Origin: a virus
Lineage: Duplodnaviria; Caudoviricetes
Virus record (IMG/VR): IMGVR_UViG_3300008259_000098
Location: 1 to 52,449 of that record
Reading direction: 5' to 3' (one strand)
Length of the DNA: 52,449 bases
This document shows, piece by piece, positions 20,448 to 31,500 of the stretch (position 1 is its first letter; each line of letters starts with the position of its first letter). A program made the translations under genes and the position numbers. The notes beneath the pieces are model-generated. The model was not told the origin of the DNA. It saw only the letters and a program-made list of their open reading frames with translations, and did no database searches.

Positions 20448-20759
20448 TAGTGTAAGTTCTCTAATTTCTTTCTTAATATAAGAAATAGGTTCTACATTAT
20501 TAGTAATATTCATATTAGTATAGTTCATCATAAGACCAGCTTTAACATAACTCTTTTCTACTAAATCATCATTAAGATCAGCTAATGATGAGTAGAATGC
20601 ACCAAGTGCTTCATGCATAGCAAATGACTTATCTCTTGCTTGTAAATGAATTATATGTGCTTGAATCTCAACTTCAAACAAACATTGTGATATAGCTTGT
20701 ACAGCTGTTTTAGTTGAACCAGCAGGTTCCATTTGGCTTCCTTTTAATTTAGGTAACAT
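20447..20759 (-). pseudogene. Ferritin/Dps-like (DUF5856-type) gene with internal deletion and frameshift
   Basis: QAHIIHLQ...SFAMHEALGAFYSSLADLNDDLVE; the family-like end KLENLH* lies in another frame at 20467-20447. Confidence 0.65.
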
Positions 20760-20771
20760 TTATTTATATTT

Positions 20772-23700
20772 TTAAGTTAAACAAGATTTCATAAATTCAA
20801 TAGCAAATTCTCTATCAGATATTAACATATCATTTAATTGATTAATAGCATCATCTTCAGTAGTTGCTGTTTTTTTAAGTATTATATTATCCAATATAGC
20901 AAATTTCTCTTCATCTGAGAACTCTTTAAGGTTATAAAAAGTATCAGCTTCTGTAGAAACACCAGTAGATAATTTAGTAGATTCTTCAGCTAATTTATTT
21001 AAACCAACCATAAATTTAAGATCATACCCAGAATCTGTTTTAGATAAATCTACAATTTTTTGATTAACATTTGTGTAACTAACAGAACCATCTTTAAATA
21101 TTGTAATTGTTAAATCTGGGTATATAAAATCAAATGCATTTGCTTTGGCTTTAATTTCAGGTTTTCCAAGTTGTTCTAATACATATTGTTTATAGTCTTC
21201 TCTTGTTTGTTCAGATACATTTGATGTATTATAATTATATTCAATGCTAACAGATGGTTGAGTAACTTGATCTTCTAATCTTTTAAGTTCTTGCTGTAAG
21301 AATTTATATGTTTCAGGAGCTCTTGTAGGTAACTCAGCTAAACCAACACCCATTTGAGGAATTATAAGTTTATTATACTTTCTTGTATTCCATTCTGCAA
21401 TTGCTTTGTTTATATCATTAGTAATAATTTTTTTGTTTTTTTCTAGTTCAGTATCTGATTTATATGCTTCTTCACTTCTTGCAGGTAATTTTTTAGTAGA
21501 TACACCAACAGCATTTGGTTCACCACGCATTTCCTTTGCCTGACCACCTAAACCTCTCCTAATATCATTATCTCCAAATAAATATAAAGTTGTAGGATTT
21601 GCTTTTAGCTCACTTCTTAAAACAATTTTATCTGTTCTTTCAACAACACTAGTAGATGGTTGAGTAGTTTCAGTAAGTTTAGCTTGTTTAATAATATCTA
21701 AAACAGCTACACTCGCAGGCTTGTTACCTAAAATTGTTATTTGATTTTTAATATCATTAACTAAATCTTTAAAATTACTAATATTTTGAGTATAATCCAT
21801 ACCATCATACCCACCTATAGGATTTACAATATCTTCAGTTTTAGTATTTACTAACTTTACTTTACCATTATATTTAAATGTTTCAAATATTTTAAATGGA
21901 TTGAATTTTTCATTTAAATCATCAACAATATCATCAACAATATCATCTATTCCATTTTCACTATTAACATCATTATAATTATCAAATTCTTCAAACATTT
22001 CATTTTCAACACCTCCAACATCTGCTAATATATCACTTACTTCGTCACTAAGTTCTTCTTTTTTAAGTTTATCAATATATTTACTAATATTCTTTTTATT
22101 TAATTTCTGATTAAAAGAATTACTAAGCATAAACTTAACAGTAAAATCAGCTAGTTTTGCATCAGTAATTGATTTAGGATTTAAATTAACTAACGCTTCT
22201 AGGACATTTTTTTGTGCTAAATAAGGTATTACCTTAGCATATTGATAAGTACCATTACTAATACCTGATTGAAATATATTAAAAATAACTAAATCATTGT
22301 ACAACTCTTCATCAATACTTTTTAATTCTTGAAAAGCTTCAATTAAAGAGTTTGATTCACCAGTAGTTAATCGACTTAAAAACATTTTTAAGTTATCAAT
22401 TACTTGTTCTCTTTCAATATTAGTACCTATTTTTTTACTTAATATAGGTATTAAATTTTTAATAATAGGATTATTTTCATAATCTTCATTATCCTTAACT
22501 CTTTGTATCTGGTTAGGTAAACTATCAATACCTGTAAACAATTCATTAAATCTATTTTTAAATTTATCTGACTCTGTCTGTATTAAATAGTTAATAAGAT
22601 TTTCATCAAATTTTTGTATTGCTTTGTTCTTTTCAATAGTAATACCTATATGAGAAAATAAATTAAGTTTTATTTGATTTAACTTTCTTTTAACAGTTTC
22701 ATTACTTCTAGTAACATATAGTTTACCAAATACATCACTAATCAATTTTCTATTATTAACAAATGGAGCTAATAATGATTCATTTAAAAGCTTTTCTACA
22801 TCTTCTTGAGGTATAATACCACCGTCAGACATAACCTCCTCATATAGATTAATAGTAACATCATCTACTTCAGAAGGACTTTTTAAGTATTTAGTATCAG
22901 CTGATATTAAATCTTTAACTTTACCTACAGCTTTAGCTTGATCTGAAGCTGTTATATAATTTGTAAGATTAGTTAAATCATTTTTACTATATTTACCAGC
23001 TAAATATTTTACTATTTTTTTATTTGAAGTTAAACTAGGATAAGCATTCATTGATAATGCTCTTTTAGCATTTTTAATTTTTAAAAAATCTTTAACAATA
23101 TCAGAGTCTATAAGATTAATAATACTTTGAGTTGGAGTACCTCTAGTTACTAAATAACAAACAGTATTTAATGTACTAAGACAAATATTAACAAAAGCTG
23201 CATAATCATCTTTTACAATATCTACTTGACTAGTCATTAAAGCACTATATATATTTTCTACCTGCTCTGTCATATCAGTTGTCATAGTATTAGCCAGCTG
23301 TATATAACCATCAGTTATATTATTATTAGTACCAGGTATATTTAATTTTGCAGTATTATTAAGTCTTATATTATATCTTTCAGCAAGATTTTGAAAAGTA
23401 ATCCAAGTAGCAATAATACCTACACCTTTTTTACCCCCTGTAAAATTTAATACTGCATCAATTAAAGCGTTAAACTGAAACATATTAACACCTGGTTTAT
23501 TAGCTATATTTAAGTTTGCTTTTTGTTTAGTTTTAGCAATTTCTTTAAAACTACCTTCAATTACAGGACTTAAAAATCTTTTAGCTCTAGCAGGATTTAA
23601 TAATAACTGTAACTCTATATCAAGAATTCTATTTTCATGAGCTTTTCTACTATTAAGATTAGCAATGCTTAACTTATTAAATTCATCTCTATAAGCTTGT

Positions 23701-26700
23701 TTAATATTCTCTTTACTAGTAGATAATAAATCTTTTAACTCATTCTTTTGAGTAATAACATCTTTACGTTTTATTTTAGCTTGATTATTGTAAGTTAAAA
23801 TATTATTAATAGTTTCTTGTATATATTTAACATCTGCAAATAAAGCTGTTCTTCTATCAGCTAACTCTGTAAAATTTTCAATATAAGTTTTAGCTTGATA
23901 AGCTTTATCTAAACTATCTCTATATACATTACCTAAATACTCATTAAGTTTTATAGCATCATCAAGTTTTTCTTTTTTAGCTTTATTAAGTACATTAAAA
24001 GCATCTTTAAGTTTATTTGTTTTTAAACCTGTAAGACTTTCTACAAACTCATAAAACTTATTAAAGTCTTCTTCAACTTTCCATTTATTAATTATTAAAT
24101 CTTCTTTAATATCTATAAGTTCTTCAGATAAAGCAGCATAGTTTTCATCACTTTTAATAACTTCATTACCTATAGTGTTATAAAACCATTTATCAAATAA
24201 GTTTTCTTTTTCAGTTTCATATTTAACAGGATCACCAAACTCATCTAAATTAGGCATATAGATAGTTAATTTATCAATATCATAATCCGATCCATTCTTT
24301 ACAATAAACTCACCAGGAACTAATATTGTTTGATTATAGATAGGATTTAACCATCTCCTTACTCTGAGTACATCTGTACTAGATAATTGCTGATGTGGAA
24401 TCCTAAGAGCTTTTATCATAGGAACATCATCTAAATTACCTGATTTAAATTTAGCATCTAACTCAGCATTTAATATATCTATTAATTTATTAATACTTCT
24501 ATTTGATTGTGGATATTGTTTAAATAATCTATCAATATCTTTAGGATTTAAAGGCATTGCGCATTCTGCAGGTTGTACTTCAATTGGATTATCTTGTTCA
24601 TCAAATTTAATTTGATAGTATTTTAAGTAATTTGCAGAACCAAACTTACCATTAAGTACTTGTCTACTTGCATTTTCCCAACCAGTACTAGGAGCTTGTG
24701 GTAACATAGTACCATTTCTTTTTAAGATAAGTAAATTATTAGTAACAATACTAGTTAATATATATTGTACTTTTTGATAATTGGGTAAAGATTCAATAGG
24801 TTTTAAATTATAATCATCATTTAACCAATCTATAATTGCATCTATAATATTATCTGGTGTACCTCTTTCAACAGCAGCATCTTTAATAAGATTAACAAAC
24901 TCTATAGGTGATGTAATATTATTACTATTATCAATGTTATATTCATTAAATAAACTATCAGTCAACTTTTCAACATAATCACCTATTGCTTCATCTTTTT
25001 GTTCTAAAAGATTAAACAAATTAGATTGTTCTCTTTTAACATCATATGGTAAACTATTCCACTCTTCTAAAGAGCCATTAAAATCAATAGGTAGTTCACC
25101 ATTAAACATAATACCAGCATTCTCATTCTTTCTAGCCTGAGTAGCATCGACTACCTTGTCTTTAATTTCATAAGAAATTTCTTGCTGTTTACCCATATAT
25201 CTAAAATCTAATACACCTCTCTCATTATCTTCAATAGCAAGTGTATTAAATCCAATAGTAAATTCACCATCTTCTGTTTTTATAGTATTATAAAAATCTC
25301 TAGGTGTTGACCCACCAAATTTAGAAGCCGAACTAAAATGTATAACATCTATACCATTTTGTAACATAAAGTTATTTAATTGTTCTAGTACAGTTCCTCT
25401 AATCATACTAGGCATTAAAAAACCATAAGATGTTTTTCTACCACCAACAATACCTATTCTATTTTCCCAACCATTTTCTAATCCATTTAATATGTAATCT
25501 TCCCTACTCATTTGATAGTTTGGACCTACATATTGAAACTTTTGTTGAGTAAATGGTCTTAATTCATTGTTTATATAATCATTTGCAGACATACCTTCAG
25601 GTACAGTATACAAATCATATAACTCTTCATCAGTAGCAGTAAGTGATTTAAGTTCTTTCTTAGCTAATTCTAACCTGCCAGGATTAATACCTTCAGTTCT
25701 AAATAATGTTTCTATAGCAAAGAATATATTACCCATACTGTAACCATCTGTTTCTTCAAACCCTTTAATAAAAGCTTGATATTCAGAAGAATTTTCACCA
25801 AATAACATTCTAAGTTCATTAGCAATACCACTTATTGCTTCAGGATCATTAATAATTAATTCATTAATATCACCATTAAAATCTTTTTTATATTTAAATG
25901 TTTCACCATCTATAGTAATTTTAAAATCATTTGACTTTAAAATTGAATTTAAAAAAGTATTAGTAGTATTATCAACAACAGATATTTGTTTAGTAGATGA
26001 TTGCATGTTTAACCTTTTAATCATATCATAAATTAAAATACCATCTTTTGCTTTAGCACTATATAAAGCAGGATCACCAAAAAATAGTTTAGATTGCTCT
26101 ACAGCACTAATAAAATGTTTAGCTGCAGCAATTTTTATAAGTAAATTATAATCATTTTTACTATCTGTAATACGACTAAAATATTCTTTTGCTATTTGTG
26201 GATCAATACCAGCACCTTTACCATCAAAATTTATTTGAGCTTGAAGAGCTTTATTAACACTTGTTTTTAAATAATCATCAACCCACTTATTTATTGCTCT
26301 ATTAACATTAACATCATTTTCTAAGTTATAGGTATCAAGATTTTGTTCAAGTATCTTATTAATAATTTTTTTACTATTTTCACTTTTATCAAATAATCCA
26401 TCAAATAATACAAAGTCAACACCTTGCTTATCCATTAAAGGGATACCTGTTTTAGTTGTTCTTATTAATTTAATTCGTTTAAGTTCAGTTCTTAAATAAC
26501 TATATAAATACGTTTTAAATTTATTTTCCCATTCAGTAGTAGAATAATAATTTTCAAAATCACCTAATATATCTGTAGAACCGTAAGGCATTTTAATACC
26601 AAGAAAACTACTTCTATCTGAATGTTTAACAGGTGTTAATATATTATGAAGATTACAATTAATAAATGTAGACCAAAGATCTCCTTCAACCATTGAACCT

Positions 26701-28499
26701 GTACTATTAGTTTCATTTCTAAAAACTGATTTCATACCATCAATAAGTTGTAAAGTAATATTTTCACCATTTATTAATCTTTGTAAAAATATACTATCAG
26801 ATGACCATAAATTTAATACTTCAGGAGCTTCTTCTTGTAGCTTATCTAAAATTAATTTTTCAAGTTGTACATCTGATTTTTTAGGATTGTTCTTTCTAAT
26901 ATTGCTTATAATATTTTTAACCCTAGTAAGTAATAAAGTTTGATAACTATGTAAGTTATTTTTAGATACTAAATTACCATCACTATTAAATAACTGACCA
27001 TCATAATCTTGTCTATAAGGACTATTATGTTCTATTAACCCGTAAGCTAATATATATAAATTTTTATCTGCTTTAGGATCAAATATTTGTTCAAAATCAA
27101 AATTTTTTGTTTTTAATTTCTTTTCTACAGCATCAATAAAATTTGATAATATTCCTATAAAAGTTTCATTTCCACTTTTAAATTGTATTGTTTTTTGAGA
27201 AGCAGTTGAATTAGGATCTATTAAATCATAATTAGCTAAAGGAAATTCTATAGCATCTATAAACTTTTTAAAATAATCAGGATTATCTGTATCATTAATA
27301 ATTTCTTTTAACTCTTTAACAAAATCTTTTTCAGTAGCAATTTTATTTAATAACCCACTTCTCCATTCAGTAAGTATTTTACGTTGAATATTATTACTAT
27401 CAGCATCTTGAGGTTTAATTATATAATTACCTTTTTCATCAGGTTGTACTACAAAAGTTATTAAGTTGTATTGATTATTACTAAATGATTGTATAAACTT
27501 AATCATTAAGTTAATCTTAGGTAAAGATGATATATTATTATCTTTTAATTTAACAGCAACAATATTACCCTTTTCATCTGTATCAATATCTAAATCATTA
27601 AACACTTTATTATACAACCATGCTAATGATGGATGTTTTTCTTTATTATCCATTATAATAGATATAAAGTTTTCTAAAGTTGGTGTTACATTAGCAAATA
27701 TATTAGTTAATAGATTATTAATCTCACTCTGATCCATAGCTGTTATTAACCCTAATGAATTTTCAGTTTTATTAATATCAAAACTATTAAAACTATTTAA
27801 GTTTTTTGAATCATTTAATTTAGGAACACCTGATAATAATAATTTAATACCTCTAGAAAAACTATCTTTTCTATTTTGTTCAATAGATTCTTTTATCCAA
27901 CTATCTTTAACTTGATCTTTAGTATTATTATTTTGAGTATCTTTATCATCATCTTGTTCAATTTCTTTAAAATTTAATACATTACTCATGTATGTTTTAA
28001 ATTCTCTGTAAACCATATTACGATGAGCTCCTTCTTCTGGATCAATCTTGAATTCTTCTTCATCTATATTAAGATTGAACTCTTCAACTATATTATTATT
28101 AGCATAATCTTGTGCTAATGCAAGACCAATATCATCATTACTAACAGAATTAGCAACATTTAACAAAGCTTTTTCATACACAGCTTCAAAAACCCCTGGA
28201 CCAATAACATCATCTAAAAGATTGGAATAATCTTGACTATTATCTAAATTATTAACTAAAGAGGCGACAAAATAATATTTTAGACTACTAAATAATTCAT
28301 TCTTTTGTGCAGCATTTAATTCAATACCCTCAAAAATAAATTTATTCCGAATATCAGGAGTATTCTTAATTATTTTATCAGCAACTTTTAAAGAAGGTAT
28401 ATTAGAATTATTTCTATAGTATAAAAGATAAGCCATATCTTCACCATGTTCAGCAGTTAATGCCTTCCATTCATCACTATTTATATTTGGACAAGTCAT
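20772..28499 (-). CDS. Virion-type DNA-dependent RNA polymerase of crAss-like phages with C-terminal accessory domains
   Basis: 2575 aa; ALRIPHQQLSS and NGSDYDIDKL (DxDxD at 24273-24287), typical of this polymerase family. Confidence 0.88.
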   Translation of the reverse strand: MTCPNINSDEWKALTAEHGEDMAYLLYYRNNSNIPSLKVADKIIKNTPDIRNKFIFEGIELNAAQKNELFSSLKYYFVASLVNNLDNSQDYSNLLDDVIGPGVFEAVYEKALLNVANSVSNDDIGLALAQDYANNNIVEEFNLNIDEEEFKIDPEEGAHRNMVYREFKTYMSNVLNFKEIEQDDDKDTQNNNTKDQVKDSWIKESIEQNRKDSFSRGIKLLLSGVPKLNDSKNLNSFNSFDINKTENSLGLITAMDQSEINNLLTNIFANVTPTLENFISIIMDNKEKHPSLAWLYNKVFNDLDIDTDEKGNIVAVKLKDNNISSLPKINLMIKFIQSFSNNQYNLITFVVQPDEKGNYIIKPQDADSNNIQRKILTEWRSGLLNKIATEKDFVKELKEIINDTDNPDYFKKFIDAIEFPLANYDLIDPNSTASQKTIQFKSGNETFIGILSNFIDAVEKKLKTKNFDFEQIFDPKADKNLYILAYGLIEHNSPYRQDYDGQLFNSDGNLVSKNNLHSYQTLLLTRVKNIISNIRKNNPKKSDVQLEKLILDKLQEEAPEVLNLWSSDSIFLQRLINGENITLQLIDGMKSVFRNETNSTGSMVEGDLWSTFINCNLHNILTPVKHSDRSSFLGIKMPYGSTDILGDFENYYSTTEWENKFKTYLYSYLRTELKRIKLIRTTKTGIPLMDKQGVDFVLFDGLFDKSENSKKIINKILEQNLDTYNLENDVNVNRAINKWVDDYLKTSVNKALQAQINFDGKGAGIDPQIAKEYFSRITDSKNDYNLLIKIAAAKHFISAVEQSKLFFGDPALYSAKAKDGILIYDMIKRLNMQSSTKQISVVDNTTNTFLNSILKSNDFKITIDGETFKYKKDFNGDINELIINDPEAISGIANELRMLFGENSSEYQAFIKGFEETDGYSMGNIFFAIETLFRTEGINPGRLELAKKELKSLTATDEELYDLYTVPEGMSANDYINNELRPFTQQKFQYVGPNYQMSREDYILNGLENGWENRIGIVGGRKTSYGFLMPSMIRGTVLEQLNNFMLQNGIDVIHFSSASKFGGSTPRDFYNTIKTEDGEFTIGFNTLAIEDNERGVLDFRYMGKQQEISYEIKDKVVDATQARKNENAGIMFNGELPIDFNGSLEEWNSLPYDVKREQSNLFNLLEQKDEAIGDYVEKLTDSLFNEYNIDNSNNITSPIEFVNLIKDAAVERGTPDNIIDAIIDWLNDDYNLKPIESLPNYQKVQYILTSIVTNNLLILKRNGTMLPQAPSTGWENASRQVLNGKFGSANYLKYYQIKFDEQDNPIEVQPAECAMPLNPKDIDRLFKQYPQSNRSINKLIDILNAELDAKFKSGNLDDVPMIKALRIPHQQLSSTDVLRVRRWLNPIYNQTILVPGEFIVKNGSDYDIDKLTIYMPNLDEFGDPVKYETEKENLFDKWFYNTIGNEVIKSDENYAALSEELIDIKEDLIINKWKVEEDFNKFYEFVESLTGLKTNKLKDAFNVLNKAKKEKLDDAIKLNEYLGNVYRDSLDKAYQAKTYIENFTELADRRTALFADVKYIQETINNILTYNNQAKIKRKDVITQKNELKDLLSTSKENIKQAYRDEFNKLSIANLNSRKAHENRILDIELQLLLNPARAKRFLSPVIEGSFKEIAKTKQKANLNIANKPGVNMFQFNALIDAVLNFTGGKKGVGIIATWITFQNLAERYNIRLNNTAKLNIPGTNNNITDGYIQLANTMTTDMTEQVENIYSALMTSQVDIVKDDYAAFVNICLSTLNTVCYLVTRGTPTQSIINLIDSDIVKDFLKIKNAKRALSMNAYPSLTSNKKIVKYLAGKYSKNDLTNLTNYITASDQAKAVGKVKDLISADTKYLKSPSEVDDVTINLYEEVMSDGGIIPQEDVEKLLNESLLAPFVNNRKLISDVFGKLYVTRSNETVKRKLNQIKLNLFSHIGITIEKNKAIQKFDENLINYLIQTESDKFKNRFNELFTGIDSLPNQIQRVKDNEDYENNPIIKNLIPILSKKIGTNIEREQVIDNLKMFLSRLTTGESNSLIEAFQELKSIDEELYNDLVIFNIFQSGISNGTYQYAKVIPYLAQKNVLEALVNLNPKSITDAKLADFTVKFMLSNSFNQKLNKKNISKYIDKLKKEELSDEVSDILADVGGVENEMFEEFDNYNDVNSENGIDDIVDDIVDDLNEKFNPFKIFETFKYNGKVKLVNTKTEDIVNPIGGYDGMDYTQNISNFKDLVNDIKNQITILGNKPASVAVLDIIKQAKLTETTQPSTSVVERTDKIVLRSELKANPTTLYLFGDNDIRRGLGGQAKEMRGEPNAVGVSTKKLPARSEEAYKSDTELEKNKKIITNDINKAIAEWNTRKYNKLIIPQMGVGLAELPTRAPETYKFLQQELKRLEDQVTQPSVSIEYNYNTSNVSEQTREDYKQYVLEQLGKPEIKAKANAFDFIYPDLTITIFKDGSVSYTNVNQKIVDLSKTDSGYDLKFMVGLNKLAEESTKLSTGVSTEADTFYNLKEFSDEEKFAILDNIILKKTATTEDDAINQLNDMLISDREFAIEFMKSCLT
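21252..21666. repeat. 13-bp direct repeat AGATGGTTGAGTA flanking one domain of the RNA polymerase gene
   Basis: Exact copies at 21252-21264 and 21654-21666, each encoding TQPS on the - strand. Confidence 0.8.
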
Positions 28500-28508
28500 A
28501 TTAAAATT

Positions 28509-31500
28509 TTATTGTTTATTACCAGTTGTAGGTATTCTGTTTAGTTTCGTTGAGCTTTTTGATCTAGTTGATCCATTTTTACAATTATCTTGTTGTTCTT
28601 TAGCTTCATCAGGAGTTGTTTTTAATGCTGTATTTGAAATACCTGTTAATGCAGCTAATGCATCTTTTAATCCTTTACTTGCTGCTTTAATATCATCTAA
28701 ATCACTTTCATCAAATCTAAGACTTTCTCCTACACCAGGACTATCTAAATCTATGTCTTCGGCTTCAGTTTTAGGTTTAGTTTTAGTTTTTTTAGTTTCA
28801 ACAACTTTTTTACTAGTATTTTTACTTGTAGTTTTTTTATTTTTTTTATCTTTTTTATTTTTTTCTTTTTGAGCAGGTCTTTTTAAAGGTTCATCAGCTA
28901 AAAAATTATCTTTAGTTGTTATTAAACCATCACCATCTGTTTTTAATATAATGTTTTTAGAAGCAAATAGTACACTTTCAGACTGATTTTTTAAATCATC
29001 CTTATTTTTTAAATCAGTTGATAATGGAGTAGATACAGCATTTGTAGTTAATATTGGATCTGATCCTTTACCTCCATTAAATAAATATGAAAGATATCCA
29101 CCTTCTATTTGCTCCCAAGATATTTCACCTGTAGTTTTATTTAAATAAGGTTTATAATAGTATCCTCCTTTTCCAGCAGCAGTTTGTAACATACTTGTAG
29201 GTATATTAACTCTTTTAGTAGCTAGAAAAGCAACAAGATTTGGAAATTTAGAATGCTTTCTTAAGTTATTAATAGGTATAGAAGTAAATATATTATTATT
29301 ACTTGGATCAGGAAAATGTATAGACCCTCCTTGAACATATATATTATTTTTATTTAATTTACCTTTTCCACTAGCAACTGCTGTTTTAGGTACTCCCCAA
29401 TAAATAATATTATTTATTAAAGATAACTTATTAGAAGATGCAAAAATAGGTAATTTACTACCTTTTTGTTTATCATAATAATATTCATTATTTTGAGCAT
29501 TGTTTATATTAATAAACAAATCTTGTAATGCACTATCTTTAACAAATCCATACTTTTCAATAATATGTAAAATTAAATTAATTTCACTATTATCTATAAA
29601 TCTTTGAGTAACATAAAAATATTCTTGTGTTTCTTTATTATAAAGAATAATTGAACCAATTTTAGCATTCTTAACTATAATATTACTACCTTGTAATTGT
29701 TGACTAGATTTAGTAACTACAGTTAAAGTTAATTTATCTAAATCTTCTTTTTTAGAAGTATCAATACCTCTCTTATATAAAAGAACATTTTTTACTGACC
29801 CATAATTACTAATCTTTTTACCATTTTTATCAGTAGTTTCTTTTTTAGTTAATAGAATACCATTAGTAACAGATGCTATAGGTAAATATACTTCACCTTC
29901 TTTAAGTTCTTCAATAATCTTATTGATAGACTCTTTATGTTTAGTTATAGCAAAATTAACAATCTCTTGTCTTATTTCACTTAAAGGTACACGATTTTCA
30001 TTTTTCTTCCAACTTAAAGGGACAGTATCATCTGCTTTAGTATTTGTAATAGCACTATAAGGCAAAGGTCCTTGATGCCCACTATGTTTCTTATAAAACT
30101 CTAACAAACCTTTCATATTGATTTTATCAATAGAACCATCTTGTTTTATTGTACCAGCAAATAGATTCTCAGTTTCAGGTAAAAATGTAAACACAAATCC
30201 ACCACTACTATCAAGTTTACCATTAAGATCAGCCTTGATTAAAGCACCTCCTTTATTAGGGTCAGTAGATACCATAGCAACTACTATAGTATTATCTGTT
30301 TCCTTACCTTTCAATGTCTTTGCAACAGCTTCTTTTAGACCCTCAGGCATTTGAGTATCTGTCTTATAATGAAATGCTCGTAAAGTATATTGAGCTGATT
30401 TATAAGGATCTTTAATATCAGGATTCATTTCTAAGAAAGAATTCCATCTTAATGCATCTTCATTTTGATTAAGTACAGGTTTACCTTGATCATCATATAA
30501 AGTAGCAAATGTTTGAGGATTTGTATATTCAACAACTTTATTAGTTGTATAATATACATTACTACTTAATGCTCCTTTATGTAAGTTTACACTAGACATA
30601 TTAGTAGGAGGATTATCTTGACTATCCTTAGGATCACTCTCTTGACTAAAAGGTATTCTAACTGCTCTTAAAGCACGATTTAAAGCTAAAGCATAATTTA
30701 TTGCTAGTTCATCTATATTAGCTTTTAAATTTTCTACAAAAGATTCTTGTCGCTTAAATTCAATAACATTATCAATTGTTTTTAATTGTTTATTTAAAAT
30801 ATCAAGATCTCGTGTAGCAATTAATATTTCATTATCAATACTTTGTTGTTCATCATATTGAGCTTTAATAAGTTGAAACTCTTCTTGTACTTTATAATAA
30901 TCTTGTAAAAATCTATCATATGCTTGTTGAGGTGTAATATTATTACGTTCAGCATACTTAGTTATACCATATTGAAATCTTGCAAATTCTTTAGGATCTT
31001 TAAGTAACTTTTCAACATTATTACTAGTTACAGGATAAAATATTTTCCACTTATTAGTAAACCAATTAGGCATATCTGCTTGTTTGGTACCAACAATTAA
31101 ATTTTTATAAGCAATTGATTTAGTTTTTAAAGCTTCAAGAAAATCTATCTTTTTAGTTAACGCATTAATTCTATCTTCAACACTACTTTTTAATTCTTCT
31201 AAATTATCTAAAGCTTCATTATAATTAGTCATATCAGCTAATGTTTCTAAATCTTCAGTAAGACTTAAACCCATTACTCTATCTATATTATCTACAAATC
31301 CACTTTCTAAAGTTTCTACAAATTGTTTAATAGAAAAGTTTTCTTTTTCTAAAGACTCTTTAATTAAATTAACTAATTGAGTTATTTCTTCTTGTTGTCT
31401 ATAATAAGCTTGTTTAGACTTTTCAACTCTTTCAATAGCCTTATTACAAGCATCTAATTGCTCAGTAAGAGATTTGATTAAATCATCAATAAACTGTTTA

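Noticed and set aside
18297-20759. 820-aa ORF as a native ferritin-ART protein
   Set aside because: The out-of-frame KLENLH* and TAATG overlap indicate two ancestral genes.
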